A stretch of 64,000 nt of DNA. Origin: Eledone cirrhosa (taxonomy: Eukaryota). Below the pieces are notes generated by a model. The model worked only from the letters and a program-made list of their open reading frames with translations, searched no databases and was not told where the DNA came from. The translations under genes were made by a program, and so were the position numbers. Where the stretch lies: the NCBI GenBank assembly GCA_964016885.1, contig OZ024741.1, positions 57,350,001 to 57,414,000 of the forward strand, in the 5' to 3' direction. Positions 48,099 to 61,112 of this stretch are shown here, in pieces. Numbering within the stretch: the stretch's first letter is position 1; each line of letters starts with the position of its first letter.

Positions 48099-51029
48099 TT
48101 GTGTTACCTCTGAGGTTTGAGGTCTTGAAAATATATAAGCAGTTACTTATTATATATATATATTCATATGAATATGTTTATTAAAAAAAATATTTTTAAG
48201 TAGCTTTTTTTTTTTCAATACTATATACACAAATACTGCTTTTTTAAAAATTAATATTTGGCTTGATTTTCTAGTGTGGATTTCTTAGATATTAGGTATG
48301 TATTTGTATAAAAGTTGCTGCCAAAATTCTGCCTGAATACCTTATTTATTAATGTCAATCCCTATTTTTAAAGGGGAGAATGTTATGTGGTGTTATCAAG
48401 TCAATATTGCAAAGCTGGTGAACCCCAAGCCGTGAGTTCAATTTCATAACTATTTCCAGAGGATCCTTGTTTGCATTATTTCCAAAAAGTAATAATATCA
48501 CTGTTATGCTACTACTGCTACTACCTCTTCTGTGTTGGTACAACAAAACTGGTCTTTATTATGAGTGTAATTTTTTTTTGTTTGTAATTTGGCATGTAAT
48601 ATATATTGTCAAATTAAATTTTTCTCCTTGATAAATAAATTTGCTGTTTATATATTTTGTAACTGGCTCTGGCTATTTTATACAAGAGAGAAAAATCATT
48701 TAATTAATAATAGGTAAATTTGTTTTTTTTTTATAATTTGTAAGTGAAATAATGCTAATTTTATGTAGTTAGTTTCTTTTCTTTTTGTTTAAAAAAAAAA
48801 AAAAAAGACGGGAAACGATGTGCTGGAAAATCTTATTTCAGATGAGGGCTCATGCCATACCATCATACCCCCTGGAAGCAATAGGTGGGGAATTTTGCTG
48901 TTGCAAAAATGGATTATTCGCAGTGTGTATTTACTCAGTATATATAATATATATATATATACTCAGAGGTTATACACAGCTACTGTGTATAATGTTTTGA
49001 CTTTTTTAATATATATATTTTTTAAATAAATTATAACTTTTAGACGTATGTTTCACATAATAAACATTCATTTACATTAATTTCTGCTTATAGTTTAACC
49101 AAGTAACTTTAAAAAAAAGACTAATGTAGAAGTATTTCATTTGCAATAAATTTTATATCAGCTTTAAAAATCCTTTAGTTAGTGATTTTACTTTAAAATA
49201 TATAACACTTATCAAATGTTTTAACTGGAATATAATTTTTAAAAGGTTTTGCATTCTTGCAAGAAAAAGGGTGGTGGATTTGCAGAATCAGAGCAGCAGA
49301 TAAAATGCCCTGTGGTATTTGCTTTGGCTCTACATTCCGAGTTCAAATCCTGCTGAGGTCAACTTTGCCTTTCATCTTTTTGTGGGTGTTGATAAAATGA
49401 AGTACAGGTCAAGTACTGGTTTTGATTTAATCAACTTTTCTTTCCTCACAAATTACTGATCTCGTGTCTAAATTAGAAACCATTTATATCTTGCAAGTCT
49501 GGCGGAATAGTTAGTATTTTTCAAGGTAAATATGTAAAATAAAAAAAAAACATTGATCATAGGAATCAGTCGTACTGAAACAATTTAGTTTCTTCACTAT
49601 TAACTTTAATTTCGACATATACATATACTTTAGGTTTGTTGACTATATATTGCTAGTTTACTTCTGCTATGGTAGATTAATCTATGAATTTATGCTATAA
49701 AACTCTAGCAGTTGTATGATGAATGCTGACGAAGCATGGTGTCCTGTTCTCAAGATCTGGTAAGTTTGCACAAATAAACATGTCAATGTCCTCATCATGA
49801 TATGGATAATATACAAAAGCATTTTTTTTAACCTTCAAGAAAATCTGCTTTAACTCTTTCATTGCTTTCGTTGACCCCATCCCCACCCATCCTTATAATT
49901 GCACCCCACTCATTATTTTTATTCTGTTGACATATTTGGCTTACAGTCTTAGTAGTTTTGAGATGATGGTGATGACAGATTGTGAATGAGAGCTGGTTAC
50001 TTAAATCTGTCTCAGTACATTTGGGAACCTCATACGTAAGTGTATCTGTTGTATATATATTTTTCCCCAAATATGTCAGCACCCTACGCCTTTTAAAAAT
50101 ATTTTTCTTTTCAATCTCTTTTTCAAGAAACAGCTTTTCATTAGTGCTTCATTCTTCAACCATATAAAAATGGAAGAGTTAAAGCATTTTTATTATTCTT
50201 TGTAAATGGAGTTGTTGTTCTGCAGTATGAACGTTAGAATTCGGAAAATATTCCACACAGTTACAAGGTAAATTTTTATTAAAGGGTCGGGGGAGCCCAT
50301 CATTAACTCAAATCAAGGAAAGAATGTTTCCAGTGGTCCTGAAACAATCTGCTGATTGCAAATCCTGGCAGAAAGAGGTGTGTGAAATAAAGTATTTTGG
50401 TAAAGAACATAACATGCTGTCTGGTCTAGAAATTTAACCCAATCTTATGATTGTGAGTCCAACACCTTAACAATGGGGCCAATTCAGACTTCACTAGAAT
50501 TTTTTATTTTTTTTCAAAATTTCTTTCAAAGCTGTGTTTATGCTCAACAAAATTAAAAGTAGTTGGGCTTTACTCTCCCTAGATTTTATTTTAAAAACTT
50601 TTTGCCTTGAGATCTGTGTGGAACATTGTCGTCTTCTAAAAAAAAAATAAAAAAAAAATAAAAATTAACAAAGTCTTCTGATGGTTAATCAGTTTTCAGA
50701 TTGTAGTTCAATGTCATTCAATGATGACATATGGACATAAGCAATATGGGAAACTCGAGCAAGATACATGCTTTTTTTTTTTTTTAGAAACTAAAAATGT
50801 GTGTGTGTATATATATATATATGTATGTGGGGTGGAGCCATAACTGTCTGAATATGGCAAGTGTTGGAAAAACCCCAATCGACCATAACTGTCCTCACAA
50901 TTTCGAGACACTCATTTTAGGTGTGCTAAAGATAGTTTTTGTTTTAAAACTGTGAAGACAGTCAGGGTTAATAGTTTTTCATATTCAGACAGCGAAGCTT
51001 ATTTGTGTGTGTGTGGGTGAGTACATATA

Positions 51030-51109
51030 CAGGATGAATCATAAGTAACTAGGAAGTCCCAACATTTATATTCCAAATGATACTTCCCAGTTACTTAAGA
51101 CTTACCCTG
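51030..51109. mobile_element. 80-bp Tc1/mariner-type MITE
   Basis: TA|CAGGATGAATCATAAGTAACTAGGAAGT...ACTTCCCAGTTACTTAAGACTTACCCTG|TA. Confidence 0.7.
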
Positions 51110-51308
51110 TATATATATTTCTGGAATAACTAAATTCTATATTCTGTGATGTATTTGTAACTCAGTCAATTTTATGAAATAAAATAAAAAGGAGACTTTG
51201 TTAATTTTTTTTTTTTTTTTACCCCCTAGTAAAAGCTATACGTTTGAAGTAAAAAATGTGTTGTTGTTGTTGTTACTGAGAAGTTTGGCTCTGCTGGATT
51301 GTTTTTAG

Positions 51309-51403
51309 GGGAGAACAACAAATACAAGGTGAAGTTTGATGATCCTCGGGTATGTAAGAGTTTCCTGCTTGGCTGCTGCCCCCATGACATACTATCTAGC
51401 ACG
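51309..51403 (+). CDS. LUC7L2: Luc7-like exon 2 (ENNKYKVKFDDPRVCKSFLLGCCPHDILSST)
   Basis: TTTTTAG acceptor, GTGAGT donor, start of zinc finger 1; 95 nt. Confidence 0.95.
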
Positions 51404-53316
51404 GTGAGTGTCTCTTGAGTATTTACTAATAAGGCTGAAACAAAGTGATTTCTTCAGTGGCTGATTTTGGTACGTAGCTGGCTTGATAGTGTCTTTATTA
51501 TATATAGGGCAAGCTGGGAGTGTTTTTTTTTTTTTTTTTTTTTTTAATGCTAATTTAGTTATTTGTTTAGATATCTCAGATTAAGTCTTAATTTGTTTGA
51601 TACCGAACTGTCTCTGGTTCTATGTAACAACGCTTAAGTCATGCTCCTAAGAAGTTTAATAGTGTGGAAGTTATTAAATTGTTGATTATTTTCAAAACTA
51701 ATTTGAAGATGTAGTCTTTTATTTGAAATATAGTAATGAAAGGGCTACTTTGTACAAATATACCATGTGCTTAATTTTAGTTTAGGTTTGATGAGAAATT
51801 AAACTAAAGGTATATGATTGTTGTGTATGACAGGATTTTGGTGGGAAGTTAACTTAACATTCTGTATTATTACATTACATTTCTGCTACAATAATTAAGC
51901 AACATTGGATTGCGATTGCTGTAGCAATAATAGTTTCTAATTTGGGCGTTGGGAGTACAAAACAGCACTAAGACTGTATCGTACTATAAACATTTGAATT
52001 AACAAATTTTTTAGATATCTTTTAAAACATTACAGGATGTTATGGATTAATTTAGTTAAGATTTGAGATTCTCAATTACTTTGTATAAATATATCGTGTT
52101 AATTTTTATTAGTTTAGGTTTGATGAGAAATTAAACTAATGCTTTAATAGTCTCATATATAGAGTAAGATTTTTTTTAGGTGGGTGGGGGTAATGTTAAT
52201 TGATGACCCTTTGTTTTAGATAAATGGGATGGTAGTTTTATTAATGTAAGGTGTTACTATTATTTCTAACTGTTAATAGTCTCGAGTACTATTGGGCATT
52301 ATTAGTATTACTATTAAATATTACTACCTGTTAAGTCACAAATACTATTGGGTACTACCTCATTGTTAGATGACACTTTTTTTTTTCTTCATTTAGGGTT
52401 TTCATGCATGGCAAAGGTATCTGGTCAGTTTACACTCCAAACATTTACTTTCAGATATAAATTATATTAATTGATTGGTTCTTTTGTCAATTGAGCCTAG
52501 CACCTATTGATATATCAGTCTATAGTGTGTTAGCCATTGATTCTATCTTTAAATTTGACTTAAGTATCTTAGTTATTATATAAGATAGTTTATATATTGA
52601 GTGGTACATCCATTAGAACTATTTAACAATTGTTTCCAACCTCTTGCTACTTACTACCAGCTGCTAAAGTCATGCTGGGAAACCCTATTATATGTTTACA
52701 TTCTCGATCATTGGAACAGGGATGCTTTGTCTTCATTTCAGTCAACCATTGCTACAGGTTTGATGGAGTCTTCATTCTTCTTGGTACTAAGCAAAATTGC
52801 TAATAAAATCAGTGCTTTTTACTACATGTGAGTAGCACTCAACTGTTTTTGTGATGATGATGATGATGATAGTTTGGGATTAGCTTTCCGCTTGTAAGAT
52901 GACATGGGACAGGGGACTTGGAATTTAAAAACACGACACCCCATCCCCCACTGACTATAGGCTTTTTTTTTTTTTTTGCTTTGGATCTGCAATATTGCAG
53001 TATAAATTTTTTTTACCATGCATGATTTCAGCGAAAGAATTGTCCTCTCCCACTCCTCAACACAAGACAGAAAATCATGACTCATTATTTCACCTCTTCC
53101 TCCTCCTTCCCTTTTAATGTTTATTGGGGTTACATCAGAAAATAAGTAATGTGAAGAAACATTAGATTACTGGTACTGAAAGCTGCTTTAGAGGAGAAGA
53201 AAAAAAATATATATACATTTCTTTAAAGTATATTTGAAATTGATTTTACATCAAATTTTTTTTTTCTTTAAAATTATATATTTTTTAATCGGTTAATTGA
53301 TTTTTATCTTTTTCAG

Positions 53317-53415
53317 CGTATGGATTTAGGAGAATGTCCTAAGATCCATGATTTAGCTCTGCGAGCTGACTATGAACAGGCAACTAAAGGAAAAGACTAC
53401 TATTATGACATTGAT
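53317..53415 (+). CDS. LUC7L2: Luc7-like exon 3 (RMDLGECPKIHDLALRADYEQATKGKDYYYDID)
   Basis: TTTTCAG acceptor, GTGAGT donor, conserved DLGEC..IHDLALRADYE; 99 nt. Confidence 0.95.
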
Positions 53416-53520
53416 GTGAGTGGAGTTTGTTTTATTTAAGCAATATATCATCATGCTCATAGGTTTCATGGTTTTTACGGCTGGATGCTCTTCCCAATGC
53501 CAACCACCCTACTGGGTATA

Positions 53521-54478
53521 CGAGGGTTAGCTGAAATGTTCATAGGCTGACCAAGATACTCATGGAATGTGACCAAATGAGGTTTATTTTTCAACATAGT
53601 CTCCCTTGTGGTCCACACACTTTTTCCATTGGTGAAGAAGCTTTCATCCTGTTGGTCAAAGAATGTCAACAGAGATACTGGTTCCCAGCCAAGTGTTTTT
53701 CATGCTATGAAAAGATGATAGTCAGATGGGGCCAAATCAGAAAAATAGGGAGAGAGGATGATCAGCCAGTTCAAAGCCACAGCAGCCATTGAAACCAAGG
53801 ACTTGTGTGCTGGAGCATTGTCCTGATGAAACAAGACCCCTTGTGTCAGTTTTCCTGGGGTTTGGTCTTGATTACCTTTCATAACTACTTCAGCATCTTG
53901 GCATAGTACTCTCCATTGATGGTATGGCCCTTTTGAAGATAATCAATGCCTTTTGCATCTCCAAAAACTGAGGCCATTACCTTTTCTGCAGATTAAATGA
54001 TCTTGGCCTTTGGAGTAGGTGAGAAAGGGGGGTTTCCATTGCATGGATTGTCTTTGACTCAAAGTGATGAACCTAAAATTCATCCTGCATTAGGAAATAT
54101 TCAAGGAAGCCAGCTAGATCTGCCTCAAACAATGTAAGATTTTCCTGTGATGTGATCAGCAGAAACATTTGTCATGCCAAGTTCGTTTTCCTCGGTGGTG
54201 GCAGTTGCAGGATGTCCAGACCATGGGTCATCTTCAAGAGTCTCCCTTCCCCTCTTAAATTCAGCTGTCTACTTTTTCACTGTTGATAAAACCACAATGC
54301 CAAATTTTGTCCATTTTCAAGAGAAGTTGCAACTTTTGCAATCTTTGAACAATCAGATGTCAGTTTACCTGGAATGAAATATGGCAGGTATTAAGAGTTG
54401 AAATTAATGCATGTAAGATTTCACAGCTCTAGCATCATTCTTTCATAGTCAGCCTATGAATGTTCCAGCCCACTCTTT
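53521..54478 (-). mobile_element. Decayed mariner transposon inserted in a SINE
   Basis: TIRs CGAGGGTTAGCTGAAATGTTCATAGGCTGAC and GTCAGCCTATGAATGTTCCAGCCCACTC with TA flanks. Minus-strand motifs GVLFHQDNAPAH and SDLAPSDYHLF. Confidence 0.88.
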
Positions 54479-54748
54479 TACTAGGAGCAATTTATTGTGG
54501 TACCATCATTACCACTTTACAGTGAATACTGGGCACATTTTATTGTGACACCAGCACTATCACCTTACAGGAGTTCTTGGTACATTTTATTTTGGTCCCA
54601 TCATTAGAGAGGTTGTTATGCTCAGCCAGACTACCCTATATTACCTGTTTTTTCACCCACCACTTTACAGTTTACTGAGTGCATCTTTCCTGCTTAGTAA
54701 AACTGTTAGGATATTTAGTTTCAAAGAATGTCTCTATTTTTTGTTTAG

Positions 54749-54859
54749 GCAATGGAACATCTACAATCATTTATTGCTGAATGTGACAGGAAAACAGAAC
54801 TTGCTAAACGGAGATTGAAAGAAACGCAGGAAGAACTTAGTGAAGAAGCAAACCAAAAG
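54749..54859 (+). CDS. LUC7L2: Luc7-like exon 4 (AMEHLQSFIAECDRKTELAKRRLKETQEELSEEANQK)
   Basis: TTTAG acceptor, GTAACT donor, conserved HLQSFIA.CDR; 111 nt. Confidence 0.95.
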
Positions 54860-55080
54860 GTAACTGTTTAGTGCTCACCTTTTCTTTACTCCTTAATTCT
54901 CAACTATTTAGGCCTTTTTCCCTTTGTTACTCATTAACACAAACTCTTTAGCCCCAATCTTAACTCTCTCATTTTATCATGACACCAGCACCAGCTTGGT
55001 GTATATATTTAATTATATATGAAACTCCCTCTAACATAAATATTGAAAATGTTTGTAATAACATATTGTTTTCTTTGTAG

Positions 55081-55224
55081 GCTGAGATAATTCACCAACT
55101 TGGTGAACAAATTGGTACGAAACTCGCCAAGGCTGAGACTGTTGGTGCTGAAGGACATGTCAATGAATCTCTCAAATTAATGGAAGAAGTAGAAGAGTTA
55201 AAAAAACAGAAAGGTCAAGCTGAG
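55081..55224 (+). CDS. LUC7L2: Luc7-like exon 5 (AEIIHQLGEQIGTKLAKAETVGAEGHVNESLKLMEEVEELKKQKGQAE)
   Basis: TTTGTAG acceptor, GTTTGT donor, conserved GAEG.V.ES...MEEVE; 144 nt. Confidence 0.95.
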
Positions 55225-55396
55225 GTTTGTTTTCATTTGTTTCATAAGTTTTCTCTTTGTAGCCAGTTTGAATAGGTACACCAAGTCCATGTGTGTGGTG
55301 GTTGAGGGTTGTTGCCAATAGAGCATCTGGCTGTAAAACATTGTTTCAAAAAGGACACCATGACCAGCATGAAGCCTATCCTAGGGTTTGCTTTAA

Positions 55397-56811
55397 CCCT
55401 TTAGCATTCAAACCGACAAGATTATGTCCCCTTTCATATATTCAAACCAACAAAAACCGATATTTAATAACACACGGAGATCTCCTTCTAAAAATAAACA
55501 TTGACATCATCGAAATCTCGTCAATTCGAGATTACTGCAATATAAAGCCCTTACGCACGAAAATTAACTCTTAGTATAGTTAAAGAACTTGTGAAAACAC
55601 GTGTTTTTAACGTTGAAAGTGTAACATGGCTTCCGAAAGTAGCGACAACGAATTTGAAGGTTTTACGTCCGACGACATTCGAGATCAAAAAGAAACAGAA
55701 GATAATATCAGTGATTTATCTTCAAACGAATCGGATATATTTATTTCTGATATATCTGATAGTCACTTTGAAAGTGAAAGAGAAGATTTGACTGACACCA
55801 TTGAAAAAACACCACCGTGGTTGAAAGAAACATCGATACATGTTTCAGATTTTACTGAAAATATTGGACCACAACACATATTACCACCCGATGCTAAAGC
55901 ACTGGATTATTATTTTTTATTTTTACCACAAACTTTCTTCGAAGTTGTGGCAAATCGCTATGCACAACGACAAATTTCTAATATCAGAAAACCCGATCTG
56001 CTATGGCGTCCAACAGATTCTGCTGAAATGAAAGCGTTTTTTACCATAAATATTATGTTTGGTATTAAACAATTTCCACAACTGTGGAATTATTGGAGTA
56101 CTGATATAAGGTTTGGTGACCCTTATATATCTAGTATTATGGCAAAAACGAGATTCATCAAATTAAACCAGTATTTGCACCTGGTTGATACTTCAAATGT
56201 ATCCTGATAGAAATGAATCAAATTACGACCCACTGTACACGACCATTAATTGAAATGTCAGAAAAATTTAAAAGTGTGTATAAACTTATATATTGGGAAC
56301 TTTCTGTTACGTAATTTTACACCGTACATTTACAGAGTGCATTGCCAATATTATTTTGACTGGTGAAAAGGTTTTATACATTTTTTTCAATGAAAATATT
56401 TGCCTGGAATGTAGAGAAAGACCTTGTACTGATTACACCTGCATTTTTAATTAATTCACCTGTTCGGAAAACTGCTAGAATTGATGGAAATCAGCATCTA
56501 GATCATTATTGGATTTTTTTGCAACAAATCTAACATAAGGCAGATAAAGTTTAAATGTTTGTGTTTATCCATAAAGTTATTACTTTTACACCTGCCCATA
56601 AAAGTCAAATTTAACAAAAAAAATCAGGTAAAAATATATAATTGTAAATTATAGTTATTTAAACATCTGCTGACAAAATTTCAAGTCTGCACATAGAAAA
56701 TTAAAGTAATTACAAACAAATAAAATTGATAACCCTCTTGAGTATAATTAAGTGAAAATAATGCGAATAGATGAACATGATATTTGACAATTCAATGTGA
56801 ATGCTAAAGGG
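55397..56811 (+). mobile_element. Internally deleted piggyBac transposon carrying the transposase N-terminal half (ORF 55626-56207)
   Basis: TTAA|CCCTTTAGCATTCA...TGAATGCTAAAGGG|TTAA. Acidic N-terminus plus EMKAFF, NYWSTD and RF..L.QYLHL..., typical of PGBD4-like transposases. Confidence 0.9.
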
Positions 56812-57863
56812 TTAACGGGAAAATGGCCTTAAAACGTTTGCTGTTGCATTGAGCTTCATAATTTAGTTTCCATATGCACAATGGCAATATGATTGTTTTA
56901 AGTTAATGTTAATGCTGTTCTATCAGCATCATCATTTTATGTCTACTTCGCATGCTGGCATGTGTTACAGTTGATGACTAGACAGGTCAGTGAGATCTCA
57001 TTTTGTTCATATTCGGCATGGTCTCTACAGTTGGATGCCTTTCCTAATGCAAATCCCTTTACAGGATGAACTGCATGCATTTTATTGTAGCACCTGCCCT
57101 AAAGATGTGTTCTCAACCAGAGTCCTCTCTATACCCTGATGTTTGGAACTTGAAAACAAAAGGATGCATTACCATAACCCTTTTGTGGCCATATTTTTAA
57201 TAAAATACACTTTCATTACTAATGATTACTTAAATGATTATATAAAACTGTTGGAAAATTTAAATAGGAACCTTGTAACCCCTTATTAAAATATTTCCAA
57301 TGAACAAATTGAAAATAATCAAGAATTTGGAGGAATTTAACTTTGAATTTAAGTTTGGTGAACAACAGTTTCTACATAAAATTGGGTTTTAAGATAATGA
57401 TAAAATCTTTATTTCATATAAGCAGAGCTGGTTTTTGCTGTGTTGGTATCAAGTGTTAATAGATGTTGATACAGGATCTGGGTATCTTGAATAGAAAATT
57501 TCACTATTTTGAGATTGAAGCTACTGGGGGGCATATAAACAAATAGACAAGTTTAGAAATGTTTACTGATCTAAAATTGTAAGTTGGTAAATACATAATT
57601 GCTTACAAAATGCTAAATGTCTGGTTGTTACAAACGAATATTGTAGTGAAATTGAGATTTTAATGGGTAATATGGTACAAGTTTACAAAAGTTACATGGC
57701 TATACTCTTGGGTTTTATTATACCAATGTAATTTGTTTTTTTGTTTTTAGCTTGAGGAATGGGTTGTTATATATACAAACACTATTGTTTATTTGTGATG
57801 TAAGTTAATGTTTTTAGCAGTTAAAATTTGGTTGTAATGTAAAATGTTTTATTTCCATTGTAG

Positions 57864-58040
57864 ATTGAATATAGAAATTCTATGCCAGCTTCCAGCTATC
57901 AACAACAGAAACTTCGCGTTTGTGAAGTCTGTTCAGCATATTTGGGTATCCATGATAATGATAGACGGCTTGCAGATCACTTTGGAGGGAAATTACATCT
58001 TGGTTTCATCACAATTAGAGAAAAATTAGAGGATCTCAAA
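57864..58040 (+). CDS. LUC7L2: Luc7-like exon 6 (IEYRNSMPASSYQQQKLRVCEVCSAYLGIHDNDRRLADHFGGKLHLGFITIREKLEDLK)
   Basis: Zinc finger 2, highly conserved in Luc7 proteins; TTGTAG acceptor, GTAAGC donor; 177 nt. Confidence 0.97.
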
Positions 58041-58971
58041 GTAAGCCAGCTGTTTAAATACAATCTCTTCATCATCAATATTTTACCTGTTTTTTATGTT
58101 GACATGGGTAAACAGGTTTTCATGTTCTGAAATTAGGCAGGTGAGATGACCAAATCCTGTTTGTATGTTTCAGTTTGGAAGAGTTTCTACAGTTGAATGC
58201 CCTTCCTAATTCCAACAATTTTACTGTGTATTGGGTGTATTTTATCTACTGCTATAGAGTTGACTGGGTGAATCTTATAGCACTAATATTTTTATGTATG
58301 TAGTGGGTACATTTTATGAAAGCAGCTTTACCACTTTACAGCATGAGTTGGGTACATTTTATTGTGGCACCAACACTACCTCTTTACATCATGTACTAAG
58401 TGGATTTTGTGATATCAGCACTAGGATGTCAGTCATTGACTCAGCTGAAGAACCCTCTCTACTCTATTAAAGAAGGGATGCTTTGTCTGTAAAATTTGAG
58501 CAAGTCATGGGTGACACATGGAGTAGTAAAGAATGCTGGGGAAAAAAAAAATAAGGGGAATGTTGCTCATTAAATTGCAGGTGATGTGAATAGAGCCAGC
58601 AGTAGGGAATGTTGTGAAGAGAAATGAGGTGAGTTGATTTGGTCCTTGGTGGGGAAGGATGAAAGTGTTTGGATGAGGGGAGTGATAGAAATAGTGATGA
58701 GAAATAAAGGGAGATGTGTTGAGGATGAAAATGTGGGGTTATTAAAATGAATGTATAAGGAGACTCAGAAAGATATGGCTTAAAAAGGCAAGAAGAAATG
58801 AGAATCATGTTGTGAATGGGAGCTTGGGGGAAAATGGAAGAGTTTGTCATTGGGGCCCCATAAGGCTAGCTCTTGCTTTACCACAGAAAAGGACCATAAA
58901 AGATTTGTTTTTATCTTTTTGTAATGTCTTAAGAAGGAGAAATGGCTTTAAATGACTTGTTGTCTCTTTAG

Positions 58972-59156
58972 AAAAGTGTTGCCGAAAGACGAGCCCAGAG
59001 AGAAAAGGAGCGGGAGGAGCGTCGGAAACGAGAACAGGAAAAAATTGGTGACAGGGAGAAAGAAAAGCGGAAGAGTCGTAGCCCAAGCCGAAATCATCGC
59101 AGCAGCAGAAGTCATAGTAGAGATAGGAGGAAACGTTCTCGCAGTCGCAGTCGAAG
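58972..59156 (+). CDS. LUC7L2: Luc7-like exon 7 (R/E-rich and RS region)
   Basis: CTCTTTAG acceptor, AG|GTTAGT donor; KSVAERRAQREKEREERRKREQEK...RSRSRSR; 185 nt. Confidence 0.9.
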
Positions 59157-59899
59157 GTTAGTAAATTTAACTATTTCATGACCAGATTTAATTAATAATT
59201 CTGAGTGGTTTACTGAAATTGTACTAAGATAGATTAACATGTTCTTATATAATGTTGGACATTTTTAATTTGAATAGGAATCCTTTTAAGTGAGTTGGTT
59301 TATTTCATAGAATCAGTCTGTTTTGGCCTGGTTGGTATCATGATTAAAGTCTATCATTTTTTGAAGTCAATGAATTTGCATAGTTGTTATATCATTGGAT
59401 TTATTGCCTTTACCTTCTGAGTTCAAATTCCACTGAAGTCAACTCGACCTTTAAGGTTCAATAAAGTACCAATGGTTGGTGGGTACTGTAAATGGTTAGT
59501 GTCAGATAGCTTGCTTTGCTGTATGTCCCAGCTCTGACTACCTCCCTGAACAACGTTAGGATATTTTGACACTGGTTCTCTAAGCTGAATAGTGAAAATC
59601 AATAGAGCAATTTTTGTACGGACATGTTAAATAACTAAGTTTAGAAATAATATGGATAAAAGCATGAAATTTTCAGTGGAGTTTCAAAACTAAATTTTTA
59701 AAAGGATATTGCAAAAAAGTTCATTATATTTACATATAGTTGAATTAAATTAAACAATTTTGTATCATAAAATAGGAGCAAAACCATAAAAACATTATTT
59801 TCTTTAATTCTCAACATATATATTTGGAAGTTTGTTTATATCAATTGCTGTAAATGTTGAAACAGCTGATGTAGAGGCTCACTTTGCACTGTTCACATC

Positions 59900-60730
59900 C
59901 TATTTTTGGTTCCCTTCTAATGTTCTGTTTGGAACACTTTACATGTTCCCGCCTCCCCAAGTCTACAGGCCAGTGCATGGCACCCTGGACCAGGGGAATT
60001 TCTTCCAGAGACCTTTTTCTTTTATAGGAAGTCGCTGATTAGTTAATGGACCAGGTTCATTCTGAAAACCGAGTACATGTTTTGCTCTTACCTTTTTTGG
60101 ACAGGAGCTTGTGATTTGGTGGTTCTTTCATCAGCACAAACAATGAACATATAGCCACATCAACAATGAAATAACATAAAACAGATATTTCCACCATTTG
60201 TTGGACTTCCCTCTAATGCAGTAATTTTTTTCATTGATCTCGGACATGGCACATTGTGATATTCACCAAACACTTAATCATTCAGACTGGCACATTGCCA
60301 CTAGGTTCCACTTTTTTTTTTTCCCTCAATTGGTTCAGGTGATAGCTTTTGGCATGCCTCTGTTTATTTACTGTGCTGCAAGCATGTCCCATTCTGCAAA
60401 AGTTCCTCAAATAGTTTTACAGATGAAAAGTAATTATCACAATACACGTGATGGTTTTGTCCCCATATATCTCTTGTGAGGTCTTTAGCTCTTTCTCCAA
60501 GACCTTGTTTGGGTTGATTTGAAACATTCCCAGTGTAAACTTGGAAGTCGTTCACATAACCATTATGGGGATCACCCTGCATCCACACTTTTATCCCATG
60601 TTTAGGTAGCTTCAATGGAACGTGTTGTTTGAAGGCCTGTCATCCAGTGAAGGCAATCATAGCCTCATCAATGGATATTTCACAGTGTGGGTTATACTAT
60701 GACTTCAGATTTTGGCATGTCTGTTCAATA
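59900..60730 (-). mobile_element. Decayed piggyBac transposase remnant (DDD core)
   Basis: Minus-strand motifs SIDEAMIAF.G, KHGIKVW..D..NGYVNDFQVYTG and HHVYCDNYFSSVKLFEELL. Boundaries are approximate. Confidence 0.8.
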
Positions 60731-61112
60731 AAAGACCATACATGGCCAAGTCTTGTCAGGTCTAGGAATGGCCAATATCAAATAGAAGAGTTGATTGCAT
60801 TATCTTTTTTATCCCTTTCTTGAAAGAAATAGATTAAGATCAGACCTCATGAGGGATAGGCTCTGCTATGTTTAAAATGTCTCATATGTCACAAATGTGG
60901 CCCTATGACTACTTGGAGTTGAGGTTTCAACAAAGGAACATAGTTGACAAAGTTGAGGAAATGTGAGGGGAAAAAACTTAAATTTCTCATCTGAAGGTTT
61001 TGGTGTTGGGCTCTAGATCATAAAGTAGAACTGAATGGTGGCACATTTTTCTTGTGCTTTATCTACAACATTTTCATGAGTATTATTTGATTCTAAATTC
61101 CTTATCTTTCAG

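Noticed and set aside
49716-49760. Box C/D snoRNA candidate (ATGATGA...CTGA)
   Set aside because: There is no terminal D box or closing stem, and it is better explained as a candidate exon.
50743-50758. AATATGGGAAACTCGA resembles U1 snRNA stem-loop III inside a U1-factor gene
   Set aside because: It is only about 16 nt with a mismatch and has no other U1 features. A match of this size is plausible by chance in 64 kb.
53820-53835. CTGATGA hammerhead core
   Set aside because: It lies within mariner coding sequence (antisense to FHQD) and has no flanking helices.
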